Position numbers and translations under genes: made by a program. A model generated the notes under the pieces. The model worked only from the letters and a program-made list of their open reading frames with translations. It made no database searches and was not told where the DNA came from. From the NCBI GenBank assembly GCA_046051225.1, contig JBJOOR010000017.1, forward strand, positions 4,879-68,878: a stretch of 64,000 nt of DNA. The letters are read 5' to 3'. The stretch's first letter is position 1; every line of letters starts with the position of its first letter. Of this stretch, positions 28,409 through 38,461 are shown piece by piece. The DNA comes from Bacteroidota bacterium. GTDB taxonomy: Bacteria > Bacteroidota > Bacteroidia > Chitinophagales > CAIODY01.

Positions 28409-29191
28409 TTAAGCCATTCTTTCGGCAATTAATTCAGCAATATCTTTTAGCATAATGTCAGATTCTTTACCTTTTTGTTTTACACCATCTTCCAACATCG
28501 TCATACAAAATGGGCAAGATGATGCCACCACATTTGCATTGGTTTCAATAGCTTGTTCAATGCGTTCAATATTAATTCGCTTATCGCCAGGTTCATCTTC
28601 TTTAAACATTTGAGCACCGCCAGCCCCACAACACAAACCATTCGATTTGCAATTTTTCATCTCTACCAATTCTGCATCTAATACCTCCAAAACCTTACGT
28701 GGCGCTTCATATATATCATTTGCTCTTCCAATATAACATGAATCATGAAAAGTTATTTTTTTGCCTTTCATCAATTCGCCTTCCTTCATTTTTACTTTTC
28801 CTTCGTTAATTAATTGTTGTAAAAATGAGCTGTGATGAAGCACTTCATAATTACCACCCAATTCAGGATATTCATTTTTTAAAGTGTTAAAACAATGCGG
28901 ACAAGCTGTTACAATTTTTTTAATATTGTAATTATTCAAAACTTGAATATTTTGATATGCCAACATCTGAAATACAAATTCATTGCCTGCTCTTCGGGCT
29001 GGGTCGCCTGTGCAACTTTCTTCACTACCTAAAATGGCAAATGAAATTTTTGTTTTATTTAAAATTTCGGCAAAAGATTTTGTGATTTTTTGAGCACGTT
29101 GGTCAAAGCTTCCAGCACAACCTACCCAAAAAAGAATTTCTGGAGTTTCGCCTTGAGCAGCCATTTCACTCATTATTTTAACATCTGTCAT
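28409..29191 (-). CDS. (Fe-S)-binding protein with two CCG (cysteine-rich) domains, heterodisulfide-reductase/GlpC/LutA-like
   Basis: WVGCAGSFD, TACPHC, HDSCY, GLCCGAGG and SCPFC motifs. Confidence 0.8.
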   Translation of the reverse strand: MTDVKIMSEMAAQGETPEILFWVGCAGSFDQRAQKITKSFAEILNKTKISFAILGSEESCTGDPARRAGNEFVFQMLAYQNIQVLNNYNIKKIVTACPHCFNTLKNEYPELGGNYEVLHHSSFLQQLINEGKVKMKEGELMKGKKITFHDSCYIGRANDIYEAPRKVLEVLDAELVEMKNCKSNGLCCGAGGAQMFKEDEPGDKRINIERIEQAIETNANVVASSCPFCMTMLEDGVKQKGKESDIMLKDIAELIAERMA

Positions 29192-29239
29192 AATTTATTT
29201 AATTAAATAATTTAGCAAATACGATTTTCAAAAGTAAGC

Positions 29240-29656
29240 CTATAAAACATATTTTTCTAAAAATGCTTGTGCATTTAATACTTCAATTTTACTAAAATAA
29301 AAATCAGATTCATCTTGCGTAATAATGCATTTACAATTTGAATTAATAGCCGAAAAATATTCCATTCCATCTTCAAAATCGTGCACTTGTTTTTCTGTCA
29401 CTACTTTTTTTACTACCAAACTATCAACCGTAGTAATTTGTAATTTAGATGATAGCAATCGTATTTTTTGCAAGGCTGCTGCATTTCCATTTTTCTTTTC
29501 AGCAAAATAAAATGCAATAGCCAAACACAATGGCGAAGTAAATACTTTATATTTTTTATGATCAACAAGGCTTAAAACCCTTGCTGAATAAGTAAACAAC
29601 GGATATTCATTATTAACCACCGAAACTAAAATATTAGCATCTAAAAAAATATTCAT
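29240..29656 (-). CDS. PIN-domain toxin (VapC-like)
   Basis: 138 aa. N-terminal IFLDANIL with the conserved Asp, later acidic residues FEDGMEY and TQDESDF. Its start overlaps the upstream ORF's stop by 1 nt. Confidence 0.75.
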   Translation of the reverse strand: MNIFLDANILVSVVNNEYPLFTYSARVLSLVDHKKYKVFTSPLCLAIAFYFAEKKNGNAAALQKIRLLSSKLQITTVDSLVVKKVVTEKQVHDFEDGMEYFSAINSNCKCIITQDESDFYFSKIEVLNAQAFLEKYVL

Positions 29657-29910
29657 TAGCGGCTTTTTAGATATTCTTTTTTAAGCGATTTGCTGCTTTT
29701 GGGCTTTGTATTATATTCGGCTTTGCCTTCGGATACCATATTTACCCAATCAGAAACGGGTAAATCATCAAGGCTGTAATACTTTGTAGAAGCCGTTTTA
29801 CGAAGTAAAAATTCAGTTAATCGTGAAAGGCTAATATTATGGCTTTCGGCAAATTTTTTAGCTTCATCAATTACCGAAGCATCAAAACTTAATGTAATTT
29901 TTGCATCCAT
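29656..29910 (-). CDS. putative antitoxin partner of the PIN protein
   Basis: 84 aa. N-terminal KITLSFDASVIDEAKKFAESHNISLSRL looks like a ribbon-helix-helix. It is translationally coupled (TAATG) to the PIN gene. Confidence 0.65.
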   Translation of the reverse strand: MDAKITLSFDASVIDEAKKFAESHNISLSRLTEFLLRKTASTKYYSLDDLPVSDWVNMVSEGKAEYNTKPKSSKSLKKEYLKSR

Positions 29911-29977
29911 GATTTTAATTATTTTTATACTACAAAGATAAAATACTTATACGTATAAATAAAATATTTTTAAAAAA

Positions 29978-32473
29978 TTATGGTAAAAAAGTAATCTTTT
30001 TTTCTGCTTTATCATTGGCAGATAACACTTCAATTTTATCATAATCGCCCCTCTCCCATTTCGGAATCATATTATCATAATAAAAACTACCAGGGTTGCC
30101 ACTTTGCCCACCAGGATAAATGCCATAGGCTTCGGTTTTTGGCGTTAACGAAACCACCATACGCCATGATGGTCCATGAGTTGAGCTTACTGCATTAACC
30201 GAATTTTTTTCGCCATTGCCATTTACTTTTACACTAAAAGGTTCGATTTTTGCAAGGTTAGCAATGCTTGTAGCTCTGTAATCTGCCCATTTACTTTTGC
30301 CTTGTTTTTGAAGATTTTTAAATTGAAAATATGCCGTATCAAATGAAGTAACCAGCAAATCTTTCAACGTTTCTTTTTTATTTTTTGTATTGATGTTATC
30401 CCAAAAAATAAAATTAGAATCATTCTTCATAATATCAATTACAACATCTCTGTTTGGTTTTTCTAATTTGAATTTATTCTTACTAAATTCATCATTGAAA
30501 ACATCATCAACAAAGGCATCGTACCAGAGATTGTAAAATGTAGTATTTTCATTTCGAGAGGTATTTTGTTTATTCCAACCTTTTATTTCCATTGCAAAAT
30601 TTGCATCGTTGCATCTTTTCAAAAATAAATCAAAACCATCGAGTCCATCACAATTTGGATGCACAAGTACTTTACCATTTCTAAAATCTTTATCAATTAT
30701 TTCAGCAGAATAATTCGGAAAAAAAACGTAGCTCACTGCATCAATAAAATCCTCTACCCACAAATTATAATTATCATTTTGCAAAGCTTTCATGGATGAA
30801 ACCGAAGCCATTGTATCTTTTTCTAACATCGAATTAATTCTTAAACTTCTGTATTCATAATAATCGCCATAATAAAAATACGGATAAGCTTTATCGGTAG
30901 GTTGTTGATTGGCGCTGCTTACAAAGCCACGTTCGGGATTTAAAATATGTGGATTTTGTTCATGCGGAATAAATGAATGCCAAAAATTTCGGCTATCATT
31001 TCCTTCTAAAATAAATTTCCCTTCCTCCTCTTTCAACACAGGAAATCTGCCTTGTTCCCAAATAGCAATGTCATTATTTTTTGCAGCAAATACAAAATTT
31101 TGCCCTGGTGATTGAAAATGACTGATGGCTTCATCATATTCATTAAAATTATTGGCTCTATTTAAATTATAAATAGTAAGCATTTCGTTGCTTGGCAAAT
31201 GGCTAATCCAAGCCACCGATAAATTTTCTATTTTACCATTTAATGTATTTCGTTTATCGTATTGAACAGGACCAAATGCAGTGTAATAAACCGTATCCAA
31301 CACTTCGCCCTTACCACGAACTATTATTTTTTCAATTTTTTGTTCGGTTTTTTTCCATTGGTTATCACACCAATATTCTTGTTGCGATGCATCTTTAAAT
31401 TTGATATGATAGAAATTTTTTACATCACGTTCGGCATTGGTCATACTCCAAGCACATGAATCATTAAAGCCAATAATTACGCCTGGAGCGCCTGGCAATG
31501 AAGCACCACAAACGCTTTTACCATTAATAGTCAATTGCACTTCGTACCAAATTGAAGGCAGTGATAATCGTAAATGTGGGTCGCCACATAAAATTGGATA
31601 ACCTGTTTTTGTACGGCTACCGCTTACTGCCCAATTGTTGCTACCCACTGTGTAATCTGGCTTTGGTGGCACATTTGCAAAGCCTTCTTGCTGCGTTTCA
31701 TAATTTTTATAGGGTGTTGAATCGGGCTTAATAGCATCAAAATTATATTCTGTTCCTTTTGGGATGATAGGCGAAATATAATTTTGAAAATCGGGATACA
31801 ACTCATCAAACAACGATTTATCAAACAATTTTTTTGCATTGGTGTATGCAAAATCATTACAGTATCCACTTAAATCATCTGCCATTAATTTCAACAGCAA
31901 TGCGGTTTTCAGCGTTGTCCAATGTTCAGGTTTGTAATCCAAAAGTTTATATTCTAATGGTAATTTTTTACTATCTAAATTATCAATAAAAGCATTTACA
32001 CCATTGGCATAATTTTCAATCATCTGCTTAGTATTTTCATTTTTCAATATTTCTTGCAATGATTTTTCGGCACCATAAACCATTCCTTTTCGGCGTTGTG
32101 TTTTATCAAATTCAAAACCTTTTTCGCCCACAATTTCACTTACTCTACCAGCCGCTGCATGGGTTTGCAATTCCATTTGCCACAATCTATCTTTTGCCGT
32201 TAAATAGCCTTGTATGTAGTATAAATCATGTTCGTTTTCGGCAATAATATGCGGCACATTATTTTTATCAAACAATACATTGGCTTTAGCTTTTAAGCCA
32301 TTCAAATGTATTTCAGATGAAGCATTATCTTGCACAGATTCTGCATTTTGCCAACAACCCATAAATGGATTTAAAAACTTTGCAATTGGTGGCACTTCGC
32401 CCCAGCGATGATTCAATGCAAAACATAAAAATATAGTAATTGAAAAAGTAAGTATAAATTTAAACCAGCGCAT
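29978..32473 (-). CDS. penicillin acylase family Ntn-hydrolase (possible acyl-homoserine-lactone acylase)
   Basis: 831 aa with a signal/anchor sequence. The autoprocessing/nucleophile site is TVGSNNWAVSG, and the overall S45-family layout is present. Confidence 0.85.
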   Translation of the reverse strand: MRWFKFILTFSITIFLCFALNHRWGEVPPIAKFLNPFMGCWQNAESVQDNASSEIHLNGLKAKANVLFDKNNVPHIIAENEHDLYYIQGYLTAKDRLWQMELQTHAAAGRVSEIVGEKGFEFDKTQRRKGMVYGAEKSLQEILKNENTKQMIENYANGVNAFIDNLDSKKLPLEYKLLDYKPEHWTTLKTALLLKLMADDLSGYCNDFAYTNAKKLFDKSLFDELYPDFQNYISPIIPKGTEYNFDAIKPDSTPYKNYETQQEGFANVPPKPDYTVGSNNWAVSGSRTKTGYPILCGDPHLRLSLPSIWYEVQLTINGKSVCGASLPGAPGVIIGFNDSCAWSMTNAERDVKNFYHIKFKDASQQEYWCDNQWKKTEQKIEKIIVRGKGEVLDTVYYTAFGPVQYDKRNTLNGKIENLSVAWISHLPSNEMLTIYNLNRANNFNEYDEAISHFQSPGQNFVFAAKNNDIAIWEQGRFPVLKEEEGKFILEGNDSRNFWHSFIPHEQNPHILNPERGFVSSANQQPTDKAYPYFYYGDYYEYRSLRINSMLEKDTMASVSSMKALQNDNYNLWVEDFIDAVSYVFFPNYSAEIIDKDFRNGKVLVHPNCDGLDGFDLFLKRCNDANFAMEIKGWNKQNTSRNENTTFYNLWYDAFVDDVFNDEFSKNKFKLEKPNRDVVIDIMKNDSNFIFWDNINTKNKKETLKDLLVTSFDTAYFQFKNLQKQGKSKWADYRATSIANLAKIEPFSVKVNGNGEKNSVNAVSSTHGPSWRMVVSLTPKTEAYGIYPGGQSGNPGSFYYDNMIPKWERGDYDKIEVLSANDKAEKKITFLP

Positions 32474-32628
32474 AAAAATTTAATTATTGGTGATTGATTT
32501 TTCAAAGATATAGAATTTGAAAAAGTAAATGGGTTGAATTAATCAACAGAAAATAGTATTTAAACAATTTGTAAATATTGCCTAGTAATAAAAAAACTTT
32601 TTTAGTTTCGTTGCTTTCAAAATACATT

Positions 32629-34146
32629 ATGAATAATACATCTACACTTTCTGAAATTCAAAATTTCAAAGGCAAATACCCTAAACAACTTTGGTATTTA
32701 TTTTTTAGCGAAATGTGGGAACGGTTCTGTTTCTACGGCATGAGAGGTATGCTTGTTATTTTTATGGTTGATAAATTGGTTGGTTTAAATATGCCAAAAG
32801 ATGTAGCCAATTTGCAATACGGCGCTACACAAGCTTTTGTTTATGCATTTACATTTATAGGTGGTTTGTTTGCCGATAAAATTTTAGGCTTCAGAAAATC
32901 GCTTTTTTGGGGTGGCATTTTAATGATAATTGGTAGTTGTATTTTGGCTTTAAATCCGCATGAATATTTTTTCTTTGGTATAAGTTTTACCATTATTGGT
33001 ACAGGATTTTTCAAACCTAATATTTCTACCATGGTTGGTCAATTGTATAAAGATGGCGACCACCGAACCGATGCAGGTTTTTCATTATTTTATGCAGGCA
33101 TAAATTTAGGCGCTTTGTTAGGCGGTTATTTATGTATATCCATTGCACAAGGCGATGTGTTGGGGCAAGTAATACCCGAAAATTTAAGATGGAATGTAGC
33201 CTTTGGAATGGCAGCTATTGTAATGACAATTAGTTTAATTACTTTCATTTTTACACAACGTTCATTAGGCACAATTGGGCTATCGCCTATTGCAAATGAA
33301 AACACATCAAAAAAATGGTATGAATATGCAGTTTATGGCGGTTCATTATTAGTAATTCCTATCATTATGAAAATGGTTTCGGTAACGGAATACACTGATT
33401 ATTTTATGTTTACCATTGGGCCATGCACATTAATTTATCTATTTTATGAAATGAGAAATTTTACTAAAGTAGAACGTCAAAAGCTTTTAGCAGCCTTGGT
33501 ATTCATTATTTTCTCTATTTTCTTTTGGGCATTTTTCGAGCAAAGTGGAGGCTCGTTAAGTTTATTTGCCGATAATAATCTTAGCAACAATGTGTTAGGA
33601 ATGAAATTAAATCCAGCTGGCGTTAATAATTCAGCTAATTCATTTTTCGTAATCATATTTGCAGCATTGTTAGGCATAATTTGGCTTTGGCTTCATAAAA
33701 GAAAAATGGAACCTAATTCAATTGTTAAATTCGGGTTAGGATTTTTGTTTTTAGCCGCAGGTTTTTTTACCTTTTATTATACCAAACATTTAGCTAATGA
33801 AAACGGTATTACATCATTAAATATATTTACACTGGGTTGGTTTATTATCACCTTTGGCGAATTAAGTTTATCGCCAATTGGTATGTCGGTAATGACTAAA
33901 TTATCGCCACAAAAAACACAAGCCGTAATGATGGGGATGTGGTTTTTAGCAAGCGCTTACGGGCAATATTTTGCAGGCATTTTAGGAGCTAATATTGCTT
34001 CTGCATCTAAAGATTCAAGCAATTTGGCATCCTTAATAATTTATTGCGATGGTTACAAACAATTAGCAATTTATGCCGTTATATTGGGCATTGTAATGAT
34101 TGCTATTTCGCCATTAGTTAAGAAGTGGATGCATGGTGTGAAGTAG
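32629..34146 (+). CDS. proton-dependent oligopeptide transporter (POT/PTR2 family)
   Basis: Start moved to ATG MNNTST, because the 32578 start is TTG. The POT signature FSEMWERFCFYGMRGML is present with about 14 TM helices. Confidence 0.88.
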   Translation: MNNTSTLSEIQNFKGKYPKQLWYLFFSEMWERFCFYGMRGMLVIFMVDKLVGLNMPKDVANLQYGATQAFVYAFTFIGGLFADKILGFRKSLFWGGILMIIGSCILALNPHEYFFFGISFTIIGTGFFKPNISTMVGQLYKDGDHRTDAGFSLFYAGINLGALLGGYLCISIAQGDVLGQVIPENLRWNVAFGMAAIVMTISLITFIFTQRSLGTIGLSPIANENTSKKWYEYAVYGGSLLVIPIIMKMVSVTEYTDYFMFTIGPCTLIYLFYEMRNFTKVERQKLLAALVFIIFSIFFWAFFEQSGGSLSLFADNNLSNNVLGMKLNPAGVNNSANSFFVIIFAALLGIIWLWLHKRKMEPNSIVKFGLGFLFLAAGFFTFYYTKHLANENGITSLNIFTLGWFIITFGELSLSPIGMSVMTKLSPQKTQAVMMGMWFLASAYGQYFAGILGANIASASKDSSNLASLIIYCDGYKQLAIYAVILGIVMIAISPLVKKWMHGVK

Positions 34147-34199
34147 GGAAAAAGTTATTAGTTATTCCGAATAGAAGAAAGTAAACACAAAAAATATAA

Positions 34200-35339
34200 A
34201 TGAAAAATGTAGTTCGAATTTTATTGCTAGTTGCAATATTCAATATTCAGTATTCAGTATTCAATAATACGTTTGCCCAAACAGATAAAACTGCTGGAGA
34301 GATAGATGCAGCAAGCGCTCAAAAAAGTTTTGTGCATGGCAACGAGTTAATGCATAAAGAAAATTACAAAGGCGCAATTGAAGCTTATAATGATGCCGTT
34401 GATTTAGATAGCAGCAAAGCCAACTATCAATTTCAATTGGGCTTGGCTCATTATTTTGCTAAAAATTATAAAACTACTATCACCGTTTTACAAACTTTAT
34501 TAAAGAAATTTCCTGCTGATGAGCGCTATTATTCATTGCTTGGAAGTTGTTATTCGGAAACAAGAAGCGATAAAAAAGCATACTCTATTTTAGAAGAAGG
34601 ATTAAAAAAATATCCCAATAGTGGTGGTATATATAGTCAATTAGGTAAAATTGAATACGACCATGAAAATTTTAATCTTGCCATTCAACATTGGGAAAAT
34701 GGTGTTCAATCCGACCCTATGTATCCATCTAATTATTACTATTTATCATTGGCTTATGGCAGCACAACCGAAAAAATGTGGGGCATTATTTATGGCGAAA
34801 TATTTATCAATCTTGAAAGCAATACCGAACGAACTTACGAAATAATGAAACGTATTTACGATTTTTATCAGCAATCTATTTTTATAAAATCGCCTAAAAA
34901 TAAATTTGCCTTATTTACTGATGAACTAACCCGATTAACTGATGTAGAAGCCCGTGATACCATGCTTTTGCATAAAAATTTTGCTATTGCATTTAATGAT
35001 ATTTCGCAACGAAGTTTAATTGTATTTAAAGATAAATTTAATACCGAAAAATTAATTGAATTCAGAAAAAGAAGTATTGATTTATGGTATAATAAAAATC
35101 GACCGCTTGATTTTCCTAACCCATTATTTGATTACCAACGTGAAATAATTAGCGAAGGATATTTTGAATGCTACAATCACTGGCTGTTAAGCAAAGGCGA
35201 CCCAAAAACATTTAACGATTGGATGGAATTAAACAAAAAAAAGTATGATGAATTTATAAAATGGTTTTTAAAACATCCATTCGAGGTTTATCAAAAAAAT
35301 TGTATCACTCGTAAAAAATATATTTTAGGCTTACAATAA
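34200..35339 (+). CDS. secreted TPR-repeat protein
   Basis: Signal peptide, then TPR-like repeats (YKGAIEAYNDAVDLD, YYSLLGSCYSE, NLAIQHWENGVQSDP). Confidence 0.65.
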   Translation: MKNVVRILLLVAIFNIQYSVFNNTFAQTDKTAGEIDAASAQKSFVHGNELMHKENYKGAIEAYNDAVDLDSSKANYQFQLGLAHYFAKNYKTTITVLQTLLKKFPADERYYSLLGSCYSETRSDKKAYSILEEGLKKYPNSGGIYSQLGKIEYDHENFNLAIQHWENGVQSDPMYPSNYYYLSLAYGSTTEKMWGIIYGEIFINLESNTERTYEIMKRIYDFYQQSIFIKSPKNKFALFTDELTRLTDVEARDTMLLHKNFAIAFNDISQRSLIVFKDKFNTEKLIEFRKRSIDLWYNKNRPLDFPNPLFDYQREIISEGYFECYNHWLLSKGDPKTFNDWMELNKKKYDEFIKWFLKHPFEVYQKNCITRKKYILGLQ

Positions 35340-35411
35340 TTTATCGAAAAGGTTTGCTGAAACCGAAACCAAATAAGGTTTCATCTGTTATCTTCGCATC
35401 ATTAAATAATT

Positions 35412-37283
35412 ATGGCAAAAATTTCGATAAACGTAGCAAAAGGTAAGATTGATACTCCTGCCGATCATGAAATAATTTTAGGAATTGATTTAGGAACTAC
35501 TAACAGTTTAGTTGCATACATTGATGATTGTAATCGTCAGCCCGTTTGTTTAGCAAAAAATGGCAAGCACACTTTGATTCCATCCATCATTCATTTTGAA
35601 GAAAACGGAAACATTTTAGTAGGCGATGAAGCCAAAGCAAAAATTGTTGAATCGCCTGAACGTACTGTGTTTTCCGTAAAAAGATTAATGGGGAAATCTT
35701 TTGGAGATGTAAAAGATTTTAAAAACTTTTTCAGTTATGAAGTGATTGATGACAACACAGAAAGTTTGGTGAAAATAAAAATCGGCAATCAATTTTATTC
35801 GCCCATTGAATTATCAAGTTTGATTTTGAAAGAGTTGAAAGCCACAGCAGAAGCGGCTTTGAATAAAGTGGTTACAAAATGTGTCATCACCGTTCCTGCT
35901 TATTTTAATGACACACAACGCCAAGCAACTAAAGATGCTGGTAAGTTAGCAGGGTTGGATGTTTTAAGAATTGTCAACGAACCGACGGCTGCAAGCCTTG
36001 CCTATGGATTAGGTTTGAAGAAAGATGAAGAAAAGAAAATTGCTGTGTATGATTTGGGCGGTGGCACATTTGATATTTCCATCTTGCATATTCAAAGCGG
36101 AATATTTGAAGTGTTGAGCACAAATGGCGATACATTTTTAGGTGGAGATGATTTAGATAAAGCCATTGTAGATTATTGGTTAGAAAATGTGGATGGCTTG
36201 AAAGCTGCTTACAGCAGTAGTTCTAACACACAACAAGCCATTCGATTATTTGCCGAGCAATCGAAAAAAAGTTTGGCCTGTACCAATTCAACGCATCATC
36301 AACTCGATAATTTCAAACTGGATTTAACCATTGAAAAATTAGAAGAGTTGATAAATCCTTTTGTGGAAAAAACTTTGCAATGCTGTGCAAAAGCATTGTC
36401 GGATGCAGGTTTGAAGAAAGAAGAAATTGAAGCAGTTATCATGGTTGGTGGTAGCACTCGTTCGCCTTTTGTAAAACAAAAAGTGAGTGAATTTTTCAAT
36501 CAACCTGTGAATGATTCATTAAATCCAGATGAAGTGGTTGCCTTGGGAGCCGCTATCCAAGCCGATGTACTGGCTGGTAATCAAAAAGATATTTTGTTAT
36601 TAGATATTACGCCGCTGTCATTGGGCATCGAAACAATGGGCGGATTGATGGATGTAATTATTCCACGAAATTCAAAAATTCCAACTCGTGCTGGGCGAAC
36701 ATATACCACTTCAAAAGATGGACAATCACAAATAAAAATTTCTGTTTTTCAAGGCGAACGTGATTTAGTGAAAGATAATCGTAAGCTGTCAGAGTTTGTA
36801 TTATCAGGCATTCCGGGTATGCCAGCAGGTTTTCCGAAAGTTGAAATTCAATTCACAATAAATGCTGATGGAATTTTAATGGTAAAAGCAAAAGAGCTGC
36901 GAAGCGGCGTTGAACAAAGCATTGAAGTGAAACCTCAATATGGTTTAACAGATGAGCAAGTAGAAAAAATGTTGATTGAATCTATCGAAAATGCAAAAGA
37001 TGATATGGCTGTAAGAGGTTTGCAGGAAGCCAAAACTGAAGCCGAACAAATGATTTTGGTAACAGAAAAATTCTTGCAAAAAAATGAATCGTTATTAACC
37101 AATGAAGAAATTTCTACCACAAAAAATTTATTGGTTGAATTGAAAAATTCTTTACAACAAACGGAAAGAAATATCATTCACGGGCGCATGGATGAACTCA
37201 ATCAATTCACCCGTCCATTTGCTGAACGTGTGATGGATATTGCGATTGCAGATGCGATGAAAGGGAAGAAGATACTTGAGTAA
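35412..37283 (+). CDS. hscA: HscA-like Hsp70 chaperone
   Basis: 623 aa, colinear with E. coli HscA as I recall it: [78 protein letters not shown]. Confidence 0.8.
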   Translation: MAKISINVAKGKIDTPADHEIILGIDLGTTNSLVAYIDDCNRQPVCLAKNGKHTLIPSIIHFEENGNILVGDEAKAKIVESPERTVFSVKRLMGKSFGDVKDFKNFFSYEVIDDNTESLVKIKIGNQFYSPIELSSLILKELKATAEAALNKVVTKCVITVPAYFNDTQRQATKDAGKLAGLDVLRIVNEPTAASLAYGLGLKKDEEKKIAVYDLGGGTFDISILHIQSGIFEVLSTNGDTFLGGDDLDKAIVDYWLENVDGLKAAYSSSSNTQQAIRLFAEQSKKSLACTNSTHHQLDNFKLDLTIEKLEELINPFVEKTLQCCAKALSDAGLKKEEIEAVIMVGGSTRSPFVKQKVSEFFNQPVNDSLNPDEVVALGAAIQADVLAGNQKDILLLDITPLSLGIETMGGLMDVIIPRNSKIPTRAGRTYTTSKDGQSQIKISVFQGERDLVKDNRKLSEFVLSGIPGMPAGFPKVEIQFTINADGILMVKAKELRSGVEQSIEVKPQYGLTDEQVEKMLIESIENAKDDMAVRGLQEAKTEAEQMILVTEKFLQKNESLLTNEEISTTKNLLVELKNSLQQTERNIIHGRMDELNQFTRPFAERVMDIAIADAMKGKKILE

Positions 37284-37305
37284 TTGGCTAATGTGCTGAT
37301 GTGCT
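37206..37305 (+). repeat. 100-bp direct repeat copy A (functional hscA 3' end plus 22 nt beyond the stop)
   Basis: Aligns base-for-base with 38462-38561 (offset 1256) at about 86% identity by hand count. Confidence 0.9.
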
Positions 37306-37370
37306 AATGAAGAAAAAGTTGCTTGTTACTTGTTGTTGGTTTTGAGTAAATGCAAATCATAATCGAGGCT

Positions 37371-37432
37371 TCATTCAGCAGGAAACTATTTTGAAGTGTG
37401 TACAAAAGTTGAAATAGATTCCTCCTGAATGA
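37371..37432 (+). other. long imperfect stem-loop (21-nt arms, 2 mismatches, 20-nt loop) between hscA and the cassette ORF
   Basis: The left arm TCATTCAGCAGGAAACTATTT pairs with AAATAGATTCCTCCTGAATGA. No T-tract follows. Confidence 0.75.
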
Positions 37433-37488
37433 CCAATACAAAACTTTAATTTTAATTCCCTATTTTTATTGCACCAAAAATTCATTTG

Positions 37489-38460
37489 ATGCAAAAAGCA
37501 TTTTTACTCTTTGTTGTTTTTTCGGTTTCATTTTGTTTGAAATCGGTGGGGCAAAGCAATATCATCAATATCACTTTCGATGACAACTCTTACAAGAAAT
37601 ATGTGGTGATTGATACCACTTCATCATTTCGTTGGCAAGTATGCAAAACCAATAAAGCTGGCTTTGGTAGCGGCACTTCAACAAAAGTAATTGTAACAGA
37701 TTCATCAAAATCTTATCCTAAAAATGATACGATGAGATTTATTGTGAAGTTTGATTCATTAATGTATTTAAATGGAAGTTTAGTGCAAGGAGTTATCGAG
37801 CATATGTATTTCAATTTTGCTTTTAGGATGAACACAGATTCCTCAAAAGATTTTTGCCAATTAGATTTCAGTTATGACAATGGTAATAGTTGGTTCTTAG
37901 CAAATCAATACTCATGCGTATCAAGCTTCAGTTTTAATAATAATTGGTCTGATAGCGCCTTGATTTCTGGGAAATTAATCAATTGGAATATTGCTTCGTT
38001 TTTTTTAAACCCATGTGGCTGCTTCCCAGCTAGAATAAAATCTGGAAGCTGGCCTCAGATTTATGCTACCCAAAATTCTATTTGGTTTCGGTTCTCTTTA
38101 CTCACTGATTCTACATATGATAGTTTACCAGGTTGTGAAATTGATAGCATTTCATTTCAAAGAATTTGGTGGCAATATTGTCCAACAGGTATTGAAAATA
38201 TTTCTTCTCAAATCCCCATCACCATTTTCCCCAATCCATCTTCTTCTAATTTTAATTTAACAACCGATGAAACTATTGCTGCAAAAGGATTTGGTGTAAG
38301 TATTACAAACTTATTAGGTGAAAATATTTTTTCGAAAAATGACATTCATCAAGCCAATTTCAAAATAGACACACAACAATTCCCTGCTGGAATTTATTTC
38401 TTAAAATCACATTGCAGTGGTTATGCCGATGCGAATGAAAAGTTGGTGGTAGAAAAATAA
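37489..38460 (+). CDS. secreted protein of unknown function with T9SS C-terminal sorting domain (cassette cargo)
   Basis: Signal peptide MQKAFLLFVVFSVSFCLKSVGQ. C-terminus ITIFPNPSSSNFNLT...FPAGIYFLKSHCSGYADANEKLVVEK. Confidence 0.8.
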   Translation: MQKAFLLFVVFSVSFCLKSVGQSNIINITFDDNSYKKYVVIDTTSSFRWQVCKTNKAGFGSGTSTKVIVTDSSKSYPKNDTMRFIVKFDSLMYLNGSLVQGVIEHMYFNFAFRMNTDSSKDFCQLDFSYDNGNSWFLANQYSCVSSFSFNNNWSDSALISGKLINWNIASFFLNPCGCFPARIKSGSWPQIYATQNSIWFRFSLLTDSTYDSLPGCEIDSISFQRIWWQYCPTGIENISSQIPITIFPNPSSSNFNLTTDETIAAKGFGVSITNLLGENIFSKNDIHQANFKIDTQQFPAGIYFLKSHCSGYADANEKLVVEK

Positions 38461-38461
38461 T

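Noticed and set aside
37284-38461. Integron gene cassette, given a single promoterless-looking ORF plus an imperfect hairpin.
   Set aside because: No IntI-type integrase or attI is nearby. The hairpin lies upstream rather than downstream of the ORF, and the flanks are a locus-specific duplication rather than attC cores. It is kept only as an analogy.
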